This document shows positions 63,545-64,000 of a stretch of DNA of 64,000 bases, piece by piece; the stretch's first letter is position 1; every line of letters starts with the position of its first letter. The stretch spans positions 174,964,001-175,028,000 of the forward strand of contig OZ024740.1 in NCBI GenBank assembly GCA_964016885.1, written 5' to 3'. This stretch comes from Eledone cirrhosa (Eukaryota). The notes beneath the pieces are model-generated. The model made no database searches, was not told where the DNA came from, and worked only from the letters and a program-made list of their open reading frames with translations. The translations under genes were made by a program, and so were the position numbers.

Positions 63545-63815
63545 ATCATCATCATCAACATTGTTTAATGTCCATTTTCCATGCTAGCATGAGGTAGACG
63601 GGTCGTCCCATTTGAGGTAAGTTGGTGACTATATCTTACTCATACAGCACTGTTTCTGGCTTGGTTTCTATGGCTGGATGCCTTTCCTAACGCCAACCAC
63701 ATTTACAGTGTGTGCTGGGTGCTTTTATTCAGGACATCTACACGACCACTTTATAGTGTGGGCTGGGTGCTTCCTGTCGTGACACCTACATGACCACTTT
63801 ACAGCGTGGGCTGGA
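63545..63815 (-). mobile_element. RTE-type 3'UTR/SINE tail with repeated modules
   Basis: (cat)n tail, ggatgcctttcctaacgccaaccacatttacagtgtg, and repeated acctacacgaccacttt.cagtgtgggctgg modules. Confidence 0.7.
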
Positions 63816-64000
63816 TATGTTCTGTTCACAGTGAACCATGTTGTTTTGAATTCTGTGTCAGAGCAAAGCACTATGGGCTACAAGCATCTACTATAACCAT
63901 GAATTGATCAATTCTTTGTGAATGAAATATGATAGACAGAAACTGTGTGGAAGCCTATCATGTATATGTATTTATGTATGTAGGGGCATAAAAACAGCAA

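Overview
This is AT-rich eukaryotic genomic DNA, not prokaryotic. The dense (TA)n/(CA)n/(AAT)n/(ATG)n microsatellites, tRNA-derived SINE families and RTE LINEs suggest a coleoid cephalopod such as an octopus; that assignment is an inference. Most of the window is intergenic or intronic repeat. The only convincing host gene is on the minus strand. It has a large terminal coding exon (53676..52760) encoding a C-terminal domain resembling SAMD3-like proteins, and a phase-compatible 92-bp upstream exon candidate (58930..58839); the 5' exons were not found. Retroelements seen: a young, 5'-truncated RTE LINE with an open RT frame containing a PHD-type C4HC3 finger, decayed RTE/Expander and RLE-type (R4/Dong-like) LINEs, at least three SINE families, and Penelope-like remnants carrying degenerate minimal hammerhead ribozymes. 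DNA-type elements seen: a mariner relic, Tc1/pogo and piggyBac-type (TTAA) MITEs, and a Helitron/Helentron-type non-autonomous element. Several long, degenerate local tandem arrays and near-perfect palindromes are also present. Nearly all short ORFs in the supplied track are artefacts of microsatellites or repeats. No CRISPR array, rRNA or bona fide tRNA gene was seen. Family names come from recalled motifs, not database searches, and coordinates of degraded repeats are approximate.
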